From NCBI GenBank assembly GCA_963669175.1, contig OY769902.1, forward strand, positions 3,520,001 through 3,584,000: DNA of 64,000 nt. Direction: 5' to 3'. The translations under genes were made by a program, and so were the position numbers. Below are positions 19,312-29,784 of this stretch, in pieces (within the stretch, counting starts at the first letter, position 1; every line of letters begins with the position of its first letter). Source of the DNA: a bacterium (lineage in GTDB: Bacteria; Electryoneota; Electryoneia; Electryoneales; Electryoneaceae). The notes below the pieces were generated by a model. That model worked only from the letters and a program-made list of their open reading frames with translations. It made no database searches and was not told where the DNA came from.

Positions 19312-20661
19312 TCAATCACCCTGAAGCGTAAATCGATAGGGTTCCGCCTCGGTTATAATACCCGTTACCATATCACCGGGTTTCCCCCTGGATAAGATAA
19401 TAGCGTCTCCATCGATATCCGGCGCATCCCAGACTGTTCGACCAGATAATTCTGTGCCTTCCACGCTCTCGATCAAAACTTCCGTCCTCTTTCCAATACG
19501 TGATTGATACCATTGTTCCGCAAGCTCTTCGGTCAGGGCAAGCACTTCCGCTTCACGCTCGAAAGCCTCATCTTCATCCGGCGCTTCCTGTGTGGTGGCA
19601 AATGTGTTTTCTTCCGGGCTATACCGGAAAACACCCAAACGCTCGAACCGGGCTTCCTCGAGCCGATTCAACAATGTATCAAACTCCTGCGGCCCTTCGC
19701 CCGGATGCCCGACGATGATACTGGTTCGTAGAGCGATATCCGGAATTGAGTCACGGAGTAGATCGATCCATCCACGCATCTTCGCCCAGGTCGTCCCGCG
19801 TCGCATCGCTTTCAGGACTGTATCATCCGCATGTTCAATCGGAAAATCGAGATAAGGGACCAATCCGGGTGTTCCTGCAAGCGCCTTGATAAATGGTTCG
19901 GTCATCAAGGGCGGATGAGTATAGAGAATCCTCAGCCAACGCTTTCCCTGAACCTTTTCCAGTTCATTGCCCAGTTCTCCCAGCAACCGCTCTATTGAAC
20001 TGGCCTGTTCAAGGTCTTTACCGTAACTATTGACCTCCTGCGCCACCAGGATCAGCTCTTTGACGCCGCTCGCTAATAGTTGTTTAGCCTCAGTTAATAC
20101 AAGCTGTTCAGGTTTACTCCGATAAGGTCCACGCATGGACGGGATTGCACAATAGGAACAACGACGGTTGCATCCTTCAGAAATTCGCAGGTAGGCATGA
20201 AAAGGTCCAAGTCCATGCCGATGTTTTGCGATCCCTGTTTCTACAAGTGGCGTAACCTGTCCACAATGAATCCCGGCAACCGTATTATCCTGATCGCTGG
20301 CAGCGGCGATACGGTTCAATAACATCTGCCACTCGTTGAACTGGTACCAGCCGTCCACTTCCGGGATTTCTGCTGCTAATTCATCACGATAATGAATGGG
20401 CAGACATCCGGTGACAAATATCTGGCGATCAGGCCTCTCCGCTTTCCAGCTAACAGCTTCCAGGATAGCGTCAATGGCCTCTGAACGGCTGTCCAGGATA
20501 AAAGCACAGGATGAGATAATCGCGATATCTGCCGACTCTGCCTCGTCTTGAACCTCGATCCTATTTGACGCTAACAGGCTGTGCAGGCCATCCAGATCCG
20601 CTTCAACCTTGGGACAACCAAGACGATGGATATAGACGGATTTGGATGATGAAGACTTCAC
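19312..20661 (-). CDS. rimO: Ribosomal protein S12 methylthiotransferase
   Basis: LGCPK, radical SAM CNRRCSYC, IIVGHPGE, DAPDIDG TRAM domain. Confidence 0.92.
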   Translation of the reverse strand: MKSSSSKSVYIHRLGCPKVEADLDGLHSLLASNRIEVQDEAESADIAIISSCAFILDSRSEAIDAILEAVSWKAERPDRQIFVTGCLPIHYRDELAAEIPEVDGWYQFNEWQMLLNRIAAASDQDNTVAGIHCGQVTPLVETGIAKHRHGLGPFHAYLRISEGCNRRCSYCAIPSMRGPYRSKPEQLVLTEAKQLLASGVKELILVAQEVNSYGKDLEQASSIERLLGELGNELEKVQGKRWLRILYTHPPLMTEPFIKALAGTPGLVPYLDFPIEHADDTVLKAMRRGTTWAKMRGWIDLLRDSIPDIALRTSIIVGHPGEGPQEFDTLLNRLEEARFERLGVFRYSPEENTFATTQEAPDEDEAFEREAEVLALTEELAEQWYQSRIGKRTEVLIESVEGTELSGRTVWDAPDIDGDAIILSRGKPGDMVTGIITEAEPYRFTLQGD

Positions 20662-20666
20662 TTCCT

Positions 20667-21626
20667 TTACTCCGTTTCTTCAACCTGTTCGCTATCGCCA
20701 TTCGGGCTGATTATGGCCTTGATGACAAGCTTGGGATCGTACGGCAGGAGATCATTCATACCTTCGCCGAGACCGATCCAGTGAACCGGAAGATTCAGTT
20801 CCCTGCTGATCGGAACGATGACACCGCCCTTGGCCGTTCCATCCAATTTGGTTACGACGAGCCCACTGACACCGCTGGTTTCCGAGAAACTGCGCGCCTG
20901 GCTGAGGCCGTTCTGCCCTGTTGTACCATCGATGACCAACAGAACTTCGTGCGGCGCATCGGGGATCAGCTTTTTCGCTACACGGTCAAGCTTCTCCAAC
21001 TCTTTCATCAGGTTGACCTTGGTGTGCAGACGGCCGGCGGTATCAACTAGTACACGATCAACCTTTTTCGCCAAAGCGGATTGAAGACCATCATACAGTA
21101 CCGCGCCCGGATCGGCGCCGGTTGCGCCCTTTACGATGCCCACATTGGCTCGTTCCGCCCAGATACTGACCTGTTCCACCGCAGCGCTACGAAATGTGTC
21201 TGCAGCAATAATCAGTACCTTCTCGCCGTTCTGCGCGAAATAGTTGGATAGTTTCCCGATGGTAGTCGTTTTACCGGAGCCGTTTACCCCAACGATAAAA
21301 CTGACGAAAGGTTTTGTATGTGTTACCGATGAAGTTTCTTCGTTTTCTTTGGCAGTGGTGACTTCTTCCATCACCGCTTCCAGTTCCTCGGACAGGATTG
21401 GCAAGACCTGGGTATCATCGATTTTCTCTTTTTTAGCGCGCTGACGGATGCGCTCTACAAGTTCCATCGAAAGGTCAACGCCCAGATCAGCCGTAATCAG
21501 GATTTCTTCCAGCTCTTCCAGCTTGTCTTCGTCAATCTGGCCACCGCTGAACACTTCTTTGATCTTTTCAACCATCGAAGTGCGTGTTTTCGAAAAACCC
21601 TCTTTAATCTTCTTGAAGAAGTTCAT
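20667..21626 (-). CDS. ftsY: Signal recognition particle receptor FtsY
   Basis: GVNGSGKTTT, DTFRSAA, DTAGRLH, TKLDGTAKGG. Confidence 0.97.
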   Translation of the reverse strand: MNFFKKIKEGFSKTRTSMVEKIKEVFSGGQIDEDKLEELEEILITADLGVDLSMELVERIRQRAKKEKIDDTQVLPILSEELEAVMEEVTTAKENEETSSVTHTKPFVSFIVGVNGSGKTTTIGKLSNYFAQNGEKVLIIAADTFRSAAVEQVSIWAERANVGIVKGATGADPGAVLYDGLQSALAKKVDRVLVDTAGRLHTKVNLMKELEKLDRVAKKLIPDAPHEVLLVIDGTTGQNGLSQARSFSETSGVSGLVVTKLDGTAKGGVIVPISRELNLPVHWIGLGEGMNDLLPYDPKLVIKAIISPNGDSEQVEETE

Positions 21627-21804
21627 GTGTTGCTCGTCTGTGGTTTGGTCAACTCAACAGTTTGTTGAAAAGGAATATGCTCTTGAATCTTTCAAATATT
21701 GTAAAAGAAGAAGCAGGTTCCTCCCATTGGATTTAATTACACATTGTGCGATCCCTTCGGGATCGAGATGCAGAGAGGGCAACTTTCTCCCCGGGGCTAA
21801 CGCC

Positions 21805-22200
21805 CTGTCTCTTGCTCACATCTTCGTGTTTCTGCCACCCCAGAGGGGGTGGTATATTTTAGCGTAGGGTTGACGCTGTCTGTTTAGCGTCTACCCTACG
21901 AAAAAGATCAAACCTTATCTCACCCCTGGAAGGGTTGCATAACGTATAATTTACACCCAATTGGTTTGTATAGAATATAAAATGCGTTATTTCCTGTATT
22001 TATTGAACGTACTAACATGAATCGCGTATTATGCAACCCTTCCAGGGTTGATTATTCGTTAGAATACCTGACATAGTGTACAGGCCAAACAGACGGCCTG
22101 TACACTATGCTAAAATAGGGAATCCCGCCGGGATTCTAAAAATGCTATGTCCACAACTCTTTTACTGATACAGCTTTCAGAAGATGTGGGTAAGAGACAG
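21805..22200. mobile_element. Non-autonomous MITE with IS50/Tn5-like 19-bp ends and a 10-bp target duplication
   Basis: Left end CTGTCTCTTGCTCACATCT (21805-21823), right end AGATGTGGGTAAGAGACAG (22182-22200), flanked by GGCTAACGCC at 21795-21804 and 22201-22210. Confidence 0.75.
21835..22137. repeat. Six-hairpin module (AAACAGAC-loop family) inside the MITE
   Basis: CCACCCCAGAGGGGGTGG; CGTAGGGTTGACGCTGTCTGTTTAGCGTCTACCCTACG; ACCCCTGGAAGGGTTGCATAA / TTATGCAACCCTTCCAGGGTT; CATAGTGTACAGGCCAAACAGACGGCCTGTACACTATG; GAATCCCGCCGGGATTC. Confidence 0.75.
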
Positions 22201-22260
22201 GGCTAACGCCACCGCGCTATTCAAATGGTCCACCTTCGGTGGACTTCTATTTGCAGATCA

Positions 22261-22320
22261 ATAAGATTGTTTCCTACACATAGCATTTTTATATAAGATT
22301 GTTTCCTACACATAGCATTT
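22261..22320. repeat. Short direct repeat (2 x 28 bp)
   Basis: ATAAGATTGTTTCCTACACATAGCATTT at 22261 and 22293. Confidence 0.85.
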
Positions 22321-22554
22321 CGAAAAAATTATAGCTGTGTTCCTGTTTATTCTATCATCGTAATATTGCGGAGAAAAGGGGACGGGATCCTTTTCCGCGC
22401 GTTGACACGGAACACTTTTGCTGATCCTTTGGAAAAGGAAACTGTCCCCTTTTCCGTGTAATACCTGCCACCTCTCTAGAAAAAGAGTACAACTGCCTTT
22501 TCCGATCCAAGTTTACAGTGGAAGGCTATCTCCCAAGGAAAGGCGGCAGTCCTC

Positions 22555-23424
22555 TTACTCCATCTCCTCCGCCGCGCTGCCCCATCCGAGCTTACGACGC
22601 AGAACCTGGAAGAAATTATGATTATCAAAGTTCACCAGGCAGGCCGCGAAATCAGCCCGCTTCACTTCCAGGGTTTCACCGCTGAACATGGTTCCGGCCA
22701 AACGACCATCCACATTGATAATCAATTCCGGTGACCCGGTGATGGCATGAATCCCGATTTTTTTCTTATCACTGATAAGAAGCGGCCGATTGGTAAAACT
22801 GTGCGGATTCAGCGGAACATACAGGATTCCGGCAAGCATCGGCTCGATAATCGGACCGCCTGCTGACAGGTTGTACGCGGTTGAACCGGTTGGTGTGGAA
22901 ATGATCAGGCCATCTGCGCGAAGACGATTCAGGAAGTCCCCATCTACACTCGCTTCCAGTTCGATCATCCGCGAGTAGCCGCCCTTGTTCACCACAACAT
23001 CGTTCAACGCATACCAGGTTCCCAGGTCCGGCCTGTCTGACACCTTAGCCTCAAGAACCATACGTTGCTCAATGGTAAATTCACCTTTCAGCAGGTCTTC
23101 AGTACGCTGTGTCAGATCATCCGCGCCAACAAGGGTTAGATATCCCAATCCGCCGACATTCACTCCGACAACAGGAATTTCACGTCCCTGCAGGATCCGT
23201 ACAGAGTTGAGCAGTGTTCCATCGCCGCCGAAACTGAGCAGAATTTCAGCTTTCTTCCCCACTTCTGATGGCGGGAAAAGCTTATATTCTCCGGAATCGA
23301 GGACTTCACGAAATTCACTGGACAGCAAAAACTCGATCTCTTTGTCGCGAAGCCAGCTTATATACTCCGGCAGCACAGACCGCAGTATTTCCTTGGTCGG
23401 ATTACCAACAAGTCCAAGAATCAT
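22555..23424 (-). CDS. nadK: NAD(+) kinase
   Basis: GGDGTLL, ALNDVV, DGLIISTPTGSTAYNLSAGGP. Confidence 0.96.
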   Translation of the reverse strand: MILGLVGNPTKEILRSVLPEYISWLRDKEIEFLLSSEFREVLDSGEYKLFPPSEVGKKAEILLSFGGDGTLLNSVRILQGREIPVVGVNVGGLGYLTLVGADDLTQRTEDLLKGEFTIEQRMVLEAKVSDRPDLGTWYALNDVVVNKGGYSRMIELEASVDGDFLNRLRADGLIISTPTGSTAYNLSAGGPIIEPMLAGILYVPLNPHSFTNRPLLISDKKKIGIHAITGSPELIINVDGRLAGTMFSGETLEVKRADFAACLVNFDNHNFFQVLRRKLGWGSAAEEME

Positions 23425-23439
23425 GATCCTGCTCCCGTG

Positions 23440-23673
23440 CTATCGGCCCAGCGATTCCGGGTCCAGATCCTGCGTATCCCCGGACTCTAGCAGACGTTGT
23501 ACTTTCACCTGGGCTTTATCGAGCTTGTCACGGCATCGCTTCAGCAACTTCTGCCCTTCTTCGAACAACTTGATACTGTCATCAAGATCCAGATCACCTT
23601 CATCAAGTTGCCCGGCAATCCATTCCAGCCGTGCCAGATCCTGCTCAAAACTGGATGTTTTCTCTTCACTCAT
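23440..23673 (-). CDS. xseB: Exodeoxyribonuclease VII small subunit
   Basis: SFEQDLARLE...LDDSIKLFEEGQKL; adjacent to xseA. Confidence 0.93.
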   Translation of the reverse strand: MSEEKTSSFEQDLARLEWIAGQLDEGDLDLDDSIKLFEEGQKLLKRCRDKLDKAQVKVQRLLESGDTQDLDPESLGR

Positions 23674-24877
23674 GAGGACTCCTGACGTCCTTTATTTCAG
23701 CGTCCGCGCTTCCCTTTGCCAACTGCAATGATACCATGTCACCAGGTGAGAGGCCGGTTACATCACGAAGGATATTCCCTTCTTTCCTCACGACTGCATA
23801 GCCACGCTTAACCACATTGAACGGCGATAAAGCTCGAAGCTGTTGATCAAGCGCTACCAGCTTATCCGTTCTGCGTTCCAACCGACCACGTAACGCTTTC
23901 CGGTTACGATTATCCAGATCATCCAGGCGTTGATCCCATTGCATCAACCGATCGGGCAGGCTGCGAATACCATAACCTCCGGCAGCGGCTTCGATACGGA
24001 GGCGTACTCCTTCCAGCCGCCCCGCCATGGATCGTCCCAGGCGACGTCCCTGGTATTCGATACGATCAAGTATTTCTCCCCGGTCGGGAGTGGCAAGTTC
24101 AGCAGCGCCGGTTGGGGTTGGCGCGCGAAGATCGGCAACAAGGTCGGATAACGTGGTATCCGTCTCGTGACCAATACCGGCAATGATGGGAATCGGGCAG
24201 GCAGCGATAGCTCGAACGGTACGCTCTTCGTTGAACGCCCACAGGTCTTCAATGGACCCTCCGCCTCTACCTACAATCAGCAGATCAGGCGGAGTATCCA
24301 TCTCGGACAGGACTTCCAACGCATTGGCGATCTCAGCCGAGGAAGTCTCGCCCTGTACACGCACCGGCACCAGTAACACATCGAGGTCAAAACCGCGACG
24401 TGAAAGCGTGACAAGAATATCACGCACCGCTGCGCCGGTGGGCGAGGTCACAACTCCGATACGTTTGGGAAAACGTGGGATAGGGCGTTTGCGCTCCGGA
24501 TCAAAAAGCCCTTCCGCAGCCAGACGCGCCTTCAGCTTTTCGAATTCCAGCGCGAGCGCACCTTGCCCGGCAGGTTGAATCACATCGATATCAACCTGGT
24601 AGCGTCCGCCCCGCTCATAGACCACCAGTCGCCCGAAGACAAGAACCTCCTGGCCGTCTTCGGGACGGAAATCAAGCCTGGTCACCTTTGAGCGCCACAT
24701 GACACCGGCGATCTGGGCGCCTGCATCTTTGAGTGTCAGATACAGGTGTCCGCTTCGATGAAACAGCACACCACTGAGTTCCCCGCGCAACCAGAACGGT
24801 TGAATCGAGGTCTCCAGGGTTTGCTTGATCTGCCTGGTCAGCAGGCTGACGGTAAAGATGTCTTTTGAGACAGTCAT
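23666..24877 (-). CDS. xseA: Exodeoxyribonuclease VII large subunit
   Basis: SGHLYLTLKD, VTSPTGAAVRD, RGGGSIEDLWAFNEE, GIGHETD, TPTGAAE. Confidence 0.96.
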   Translation of the reverse strand: MTVSKDIFTVSLLTRQIKQTLETSIQPFWLRGELSGVLFHRSGHLYLTLKDAGAQIAGVMWRSKVTRLDFRPEDGQEVLVFGRLVVYERGGRYQVDIDVIQPAGQGALALEFEKLKARLAAEGLFDPERKRPIPRFPKRIGVVTSPTGAAVRDILVTLSRRGFDLDVLLVPVRVQGETSSAEIANALEVLSEMDTPPDLLIVGRGGGSIEDLWAFNEERTVRAIAACPIPIIAGIGHETDTTLSDLVADLRAPTPTGAAELATPDRGEILDRIEYQGRRLGRSMAGRLEGVRLRIEAAAGGYGIRSLPDRLMQWDQRLDDLDNRNRKALRGRLERRTDKLVALDQQLRALSPFNVVKRGYAVVRKEGNILRDVTGLSPGDMVSLQLAKGSADAEIKDVRSPHE

Positions 24878-25083
24878 TTACGGAACAACCAGAACAGAAG
24901 ACTCAAGACGAGACTGATGAGAAGCGAAGAGACCAGCGGGATGTATATCCTCACCGGTCCCTTGCTGATTATCAAATCTCCAGGCAATCGCCCCAGGCCG
25001 AACCTGGAAGCGACAAGCAGGACAATGCCCAGGACTGCCAGGAACACCCCGATCACCAGCAGTAATCGGCCAAGGTCCTGCAT
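24874..25083 (-). CDS. Small membrane protein, DUF2905-like
   Basis: GRLPGDL...IYIPLVSSLLISLVLS signature. Confidence 0.82.
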   Translation of the reverse strand: MQDLGRLLLVIGVFLAVLGIVLLVASRFGLGRLPGDLIISKGPVRIYIPLVSSLLISLVLSLLFWLFRK

Positions 25084-25268
25084 CCCGCGCCTCTCGCCTA
25101 CTTCTTCTTCTTATGACGGTCCCTCTTCCGACGCTTTTTCCTCTTATGCGTCGCAATCTTGGCCCGTTTGCGCTTTCTTCCGCAAGGCACGGTTACCTCC
25201 TACTGTTGACACCAATCGACTGTATAAGATAATGTCGTTTCAGGGTTCAATCCAGACGTACGAACGTC

Positions 25269-25547
25269 TTAGGCATTGTTTACACGAGATTTCAATTTAT
25301 CAGAAGCGCGGAAAACCGGCACCTTCTTCTGGGGTACCTGGATTCTGTCACCGGTATGGGGATTGAGCGCTTCACGAGCTGCACGATCGACTACCTTAAA
25401 TGTGCCGAATCCGCGAATTTCAATGTGTCCCCCACTGACCAACTCGTCCGACATTGCTTCCAATAATCCGTCGAGTACTGCCGCTACTTCGATTCGCGTC
25501 AAGCCTGTACCTTCTGCCACACGATTGGCCAAGTCCGCCTTGGTCAT
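25269..25547 (-). CDS. HU/IHF-family DNA-binding protein
   Basis: MTKADL, IEIRGFGTF, NPHTG, PVFRAS. Confidence 0.93.
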   Translation of the reverse strand: MTKADLANRVAEGTGLTRIEVAAVLDGLLEAMSDELVSGGHIEIRGFGTFKVVDRAAREALNPHTGDRIQVPQKKVPVFRASDKLKSRVNNA

Positions 25548-26449
25548 GGTTTAACCTCCGGTCTAAAGCGGTATTCCAACAAAGCGCTCCGATCAAAACG
25601 ACTCATCAGAGAACCGCCCAACTCATCGATCACTCGATCTATCCAATCTAACTCATCGTAGGGTTCTTCGATCTCCGGCTCATCACCCAGTCCAGTCAGC
25701 TCGCCGGCAATCCGGATCGCTTCCCAGCGGTCACCCAGCACATCGACCAACCCTAACTCTTTTGCCTGACGTCCGGTAAAAACACGTCCATCGGCAACTT
25801 TTTTCACATCGTCCAGCTCCAGCCCGCGTTGATCGGCCACGGCCTGGATGAACTGTTCGTATGCGTCGTCTACGTATGACTGAAAATATGCACGATCCGC
25901 CGCGGTAAGATTCTCAAACGGCGATCCCGCATCTTTAAACTCACCACTGGTTACTGCTTCTGCATCAACACCCAGCTTGTCCATCAGTTCCTTGAACATG
26001 GTGATTTCAAGAATGACACCAATGGAACCGGTTGTAGTTCCCGGGTTCGCTACAATAGTATCCCCGGCAATAGCCGCATAATATCCACCACTTGCAGCAA
26101 CAGATCCCATGCTGATAATAACCGGTTTCTCCTGGCGCGCTCGCAGGATTGATTCATACAATTCCTGCGAGGCTGCAACACCACCACCCGGGCTGTCAAT
26201 ACGAATCACCAACGCCTTGATGTCAGATTTGCGTCGAAAATCATCAATATCTTCAACCCAGCTCCTGGCATCATAAATCGGTCCGATCACTTCAATCATC
26301 CCGATCCGGTCGCCGTGCATTGTCTCAAAGCGTCCGCCACTCTGGGCCATGCCAATCAGACCAAATGATCCTACCAGAAGCAGGATCAGGAGGACACCGA
26401 TCAACGCTGTGAGACCTAACAGATCTCTGTGATTTCCTTTTTGGGCCAT
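25544..26449 (-). CDS. sppA: Signal peptide peptidase SppA (short form, S49)
   Basis: IDSPGG, AASGGYY, TGSIGV, ADGRVFTGRQA. Confidence 0.92.
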   Translation of the reverse strand: MAQKGNHRDLLGLTALIGVLLILLLVGSFGLIGMAQSGGRFETMHGDRIGMIEVIGPIYDARSWVEDIDDFRRKSDIKALVIRIDSPGGGVAASQELYESILRARQEKPVIISMGSVAASGGYYAAIAGDTIVANPGTTTGSIGVILEITMFKELMDKLGVDAEAVTSGEFKDAGSPFENLTAADRAYFQSYVDDAYEQFIQAVADQRGLELDDVKKVADGRVFTGRQAKELGLVDVLGDRWEAIRIAGELTGLGDEPEIEEPYDELDWIDRVIDELGGSLMSRFDRSALLEYRFRPEVKP

Positions 26450-28749
26450 CACGCTCCTCCCGATGGATACACCACCAGGCGATCTCCAACCTTCAATTGA
26501 CGGACATCGCGAATGTTATTCCAACGCTTCAAATCGCTGACAGTCACCTGATACCTGGATGCAATATCCCAAAGCGTATCGCCACGCCTGACAGTGTGTA
26601 CAACCTTGTTCGATTGAGTCTCTGGCACTGCTACAAGATTTTTTCCTGGAATTACAAGAACATCGCCAGGATGAATCTTGGCATACTTGCTCAGATTGTT
26701 TGCCATTAGCAATTCTTCAGTCGTAATTCCATGCGCGTTGGCAATGCTCCAGGGCGAATCACCTGAACGTACGGTGTAATTACCGGGGCTCACAGCTTGC
26801 GAGGACACCTGCGTACTCGAACCGGAAGTCTCGAATCCGGGAATAGTAAGCTTATCTCCGGGGTAAATGCTTGCTCCACGAGGCAAATTGTTCGCTCTCA
26901 GGAGCTCATCCGTACTTATGCCATGCGCAGAAGCAATACTCCAGGGTGAATCACCACGTCGAACCGTATATGTTCCCGTGGTCGAACGCCGTGGATTACT
27001 ACTTCCAGCGGGCTGATATACTACGAGCTTTTGCCCGACACGGATTATACTATGTTTATTAAGCCCATTCCAACTCAATAACTTCGAGAGACCGACATGA
27101 TAACTCTCTGCGATTTCCGACAATGTCTCCCCACTACGGACCGTATGATAGCTCTTTTCACCCTCTTTCCGAGCAGGCTTTTCATCGTACTCCGCGTAGT
27201 CCCCAGCAGTATATGCTCCATCCGGTGAAACCGGCACCAGCAGCCATTGTCCGGCACGTATGCGGTTCGGATTCGACAGGCGATTTGCCGGCACATCCAT
27301 GATCGCTCGCATGGATGTACCATAACGATCCGCGATCACGGAAAGCGCTTCACCATTCCGAACCTGGTGACGAACCCACGAAACTTTTTTTGCCGGCGGC
27401 AATGCTGCGAGCTTCTCTTCGAAGCCTTCGAGGTTCGTTCCTTTGCGAACATAAACGACTGCCGAATCCAGCGTCGGAGGTGTACACCATCGGAACATGG
27501 ATGGATTCAGAGATTTCAGCTCTTCTTCTTCGTGAGCCAGAATCTCTGCCAACGCGGCAAGATCAACTGTTTCACGAACGATCACACTGTCACGCTCTAT
27601 CGGCTCAACCCACACGATTGGCTCAAACCCGTATTCCTGTGGATTTTTAGCGATTCTGCGAGCAGCAAGAAATGTCGGCACATACCCGCGAGTCTGACGT
27701 GGCAAGCGACGCATCTTCCAGAAATCACGCGTGCTGGAACGCCTGATTTCACGTTGTACACGGTTCTCGCCGCAGTTGTACCCGGCAAATGCAAGGTACC
27801 AGTCGCCAAAGTCAGTGTATAGTTTTCTCAGGTATCGGCAAGCCGCAGCCGTAGAACGTTCAATATCGCGGCGTTCGTCATACCACCAGTTTGATTCGAG
27901 CCCCATGATCTTTCCGGTGGAATAGATAAACTGCCAGGGACCAACCGCCTTGGCGTAACTGCGAGCGTTCAGGTTGAAACCTGATTCGATCATGGCCAGG
28001 TACACCAGGTCTTCCGGCATACGATTGGCCCTGAGAACTGGAAGCATCCTTGGGATCACGGTGCCAGCACGTTCAAGCCAGACCGTCATAGCCTTACGAC
28101 CACGTTCATTGGTTGTGAAATAATCGACCAGGTTCTGCACTTTCTCGTTCATCGTATCCGGAATTTCCGGCAACAACAACAACTCCACTTCATAACCAAT
28201 TGCAGTCGTATCCAGGTCAACCAGGGTACTGTCATCTGTCAGCACGACATCCATACTGTCCTGTGACAGGGTTTCCAGCACAGCCAGGGTATCAACGGCG
28301 AGATCGGTCGAGCCGGCCATTTCCAGCACATCCATGGCGCTCATGCCTGTCCCCGGCGGGCCACAGACATCGGAAATAATGGCAAACGAAGCAGTATAGC
28401 GTTCCGACCAGTTTGACAACGAATCAATCCAGGCCTTGCGATCCAGCGTCTCGAGACGGGCCAATACCGATGCGACAGCCTGTATCCCCATCAAGACACT
28501 GCGTTCAGCTTCAAGTAGCCTGCCCTCAACGAGAAGTGTGTCAGCACGTGACACCCAATAAGGCGCCAGGACCAGGATGGTCTCAGTATCAAGCTGTTGG
28601 AAAGCAGGTGCTTGAATGGAATCAGGAGGTGGTGTATAGGTTATGTCCGGTTTCGAGTAGGAATCGATATCATCTGCAAAAACCAACCCGGACAACAATC
28701 CTGCCAGCAGGATCATGGTCAATAATGCACCAAGCTTTCGAACATTCAT
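26449..28749 (-). CDS. MltD-like lytic murein transglycosylase with five LysM domains
   Basis: LAMIESGF, AVGPWQF, AGYNCGE SLT motifs; five H/YxVRxG(E/D) LysM repeats. Confidence 0.9.
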   Translation of the reverse strand: MNVRKLGALLTMILLAGLLSGLVFADDIDSYSKPDITYTPPPDSIQAPAFQQLDTETILVLAPYWVSRADTLLVEGRLLEAERSVLMGIQAVASVLARLETLDRKAWIDSLSNWSERYTASFAIISDVCGPPGTGMSAMDVLEMAGSTDLAVDTLAVLETLSQDSMDVVLTDDSTLVDLDTTAIGYEVELLLLPEIPDTMNEKVQNLVDYFTTNERGRKAMTVWLERAGTVIPRMLPVLRANRMPEDLVYLAMIESGFNLNARSYAKAVGPWQFIYSTGKIMGLESNWWYDERRDIERSTAAACRYLRKLYTDFGDWYLAFAGYNCGENRVQREIRRSSTRDFWKMRRLPRQTRGYVPTFLAARRIAKNPQEYGFEPIVWVEPIERDSVIVRETVDLAALAEILAHEEEELKSLNPSMFRWCTPPTLDSAVVYVRKGTNLEGFEEKLAALPPAKKVSWVRHQVRNGEALSVIADRYGTSMRAIMDVPANRLSNPNRIRAGQWLLVPVSPDGAYTAGDYAEYDEKPARKEGEKSYHTVRSGETLSEIAESYHVGLSKLLSWNGLNKHSIIRVGQKLVVYQPAGSSNPRRSTTGTYTVRRGDSPWSIASAHGISTDELLRANNLPRGASIYPGDKLTIPGFETSGSSTQVSSQAVSPGNYTVRSGDSPWSIANAHGITTEELLMANNLSKYAKIHPGDVLVIPGKNLVAVPETQSNKVVHTVRRGDTLWDIASRYQVTVSDLKRWNNIRDVRQLKVGDRLVVYPSGGA

Positions 28750-28947
28750 CGTATGGAATTTCCTCGCGCTAAACGCTATTGTAAAGAATGTGTACAACTT
28801 ACACTACCAACTTGTTCCAAACAAGCCCTTCCTTCGCATTGGGCCTTACTCCGCCCCGGAGTCCTTTTATACACAAGTGTTGCATATTTTAAACAAGAAG
28901 TCTATCCTCAAAACAGGATATGAGGTTCCAACCAAAGAGGCAACAAG

Positions 28948-29775
28948 ATGGACCTGAAAGTGCTTACATCGCAAGTGGCAGAGGTCGCTCGCGGTGCTGG
29001 AGATTACCTGTGCAATGAACGCGACGCTATCGCCTACGATGATATCGACATCAAGGGGCGAGGCGATTTTGTCAGCCACGCGGACCACAATTCTGAAGCC
29101 ATGATTCGTGAAGCGCTGGAAAACCTCCTCCCCGGGAGTGTAGTCATGGGTGAAGAAGACAGCCCCCACGCCACCAGCCAGAGCTGGCGCTGGATTGTTG
29201 ATCCTCTTGATGGGACTACCAATTACCTGCAAGGTTTACCGGTTTACGCTGTCTCCATCGCCCTGGAAGACCGTCATGATCTGTCGCCGGACCAGTCTTA
29301 TGGCCCCCTTCTCCTTGGCGTGACCTACCTGCCCAAGCTGGATGTCATGTACACCGCGTTCAAGGATGGCGGTGCGTTTAAGGACGGCAACCCCATCCGA
29401 ATCAGCCAGAAAACGGACATGAAACGTTTCTGCCTGGCAACCGGGTTCCCCTTCCATTCTCATCAATACCTTGACGATTACCTGAAGATTTTCCACGACA
29501 TCTTTCTCAAAATCGGTAACGTCCGTCGCGCCGGAGCCGCTTGTGCCGACCTCGCCTGGGTAGCGGAAGGGGTGTTTGACGGTTTCTGGGAAATGGGCCT
29601 GAAACCCTGGGACATGGCCGCAGGAATAGTGCTGATCCGTGAAGCGGGCGGAGTCGTTTCAGACTTCTGGGGAAGCAATCCCCTGCCCAACGGCTGGCTG
29701 ATCGGCGGGAATCGGGTAGCATATGATGAATTGAGAAGGGTTGTGAATATGGTCTATCCCAATTCTGTTTTCTAA
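28948..29775 (+). CDS. suhB: Inositol monophosphatase family protein (SuhB-like)
   Basis: GEE, WIVDPLDGTTNY, LKPWDMAAG. Confidence 0.88.
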   Translation: MDLKVLTSQVAEVARGAGDYLCNERDAIAYDDIDIKGRGDFVSHADHNSEAMIREALENLLPGSVVMGEEDSPHATSQSWRWIVDPLDGTTNYLQGLPVYAVSIALEDRHDLSPDQSYGPLLLGVTYLPKLDVMYTAFKDGGAFKDGNPIRISQKTDMKRFCLATGFPFHSHQYLDDYLKIFHDIFLKIGNVRRAGAACADLAWVAEGVFDGFWEMGLKPWDMAAGIVLIREAGGVVSDFWGSNPLPNGWLIGGNRVAYDELRRVVNMVYPNSVF

Positions 29776-29784
29776 CTTACTATC

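Noticed and set aside
21805-22200. Nextera adapter contamination
   Set aside because: Both ends differ from the mosaic end at 2-3 internal positions, face inward as a pair and carry a perfect flanking duplication; a read check is still advisable.
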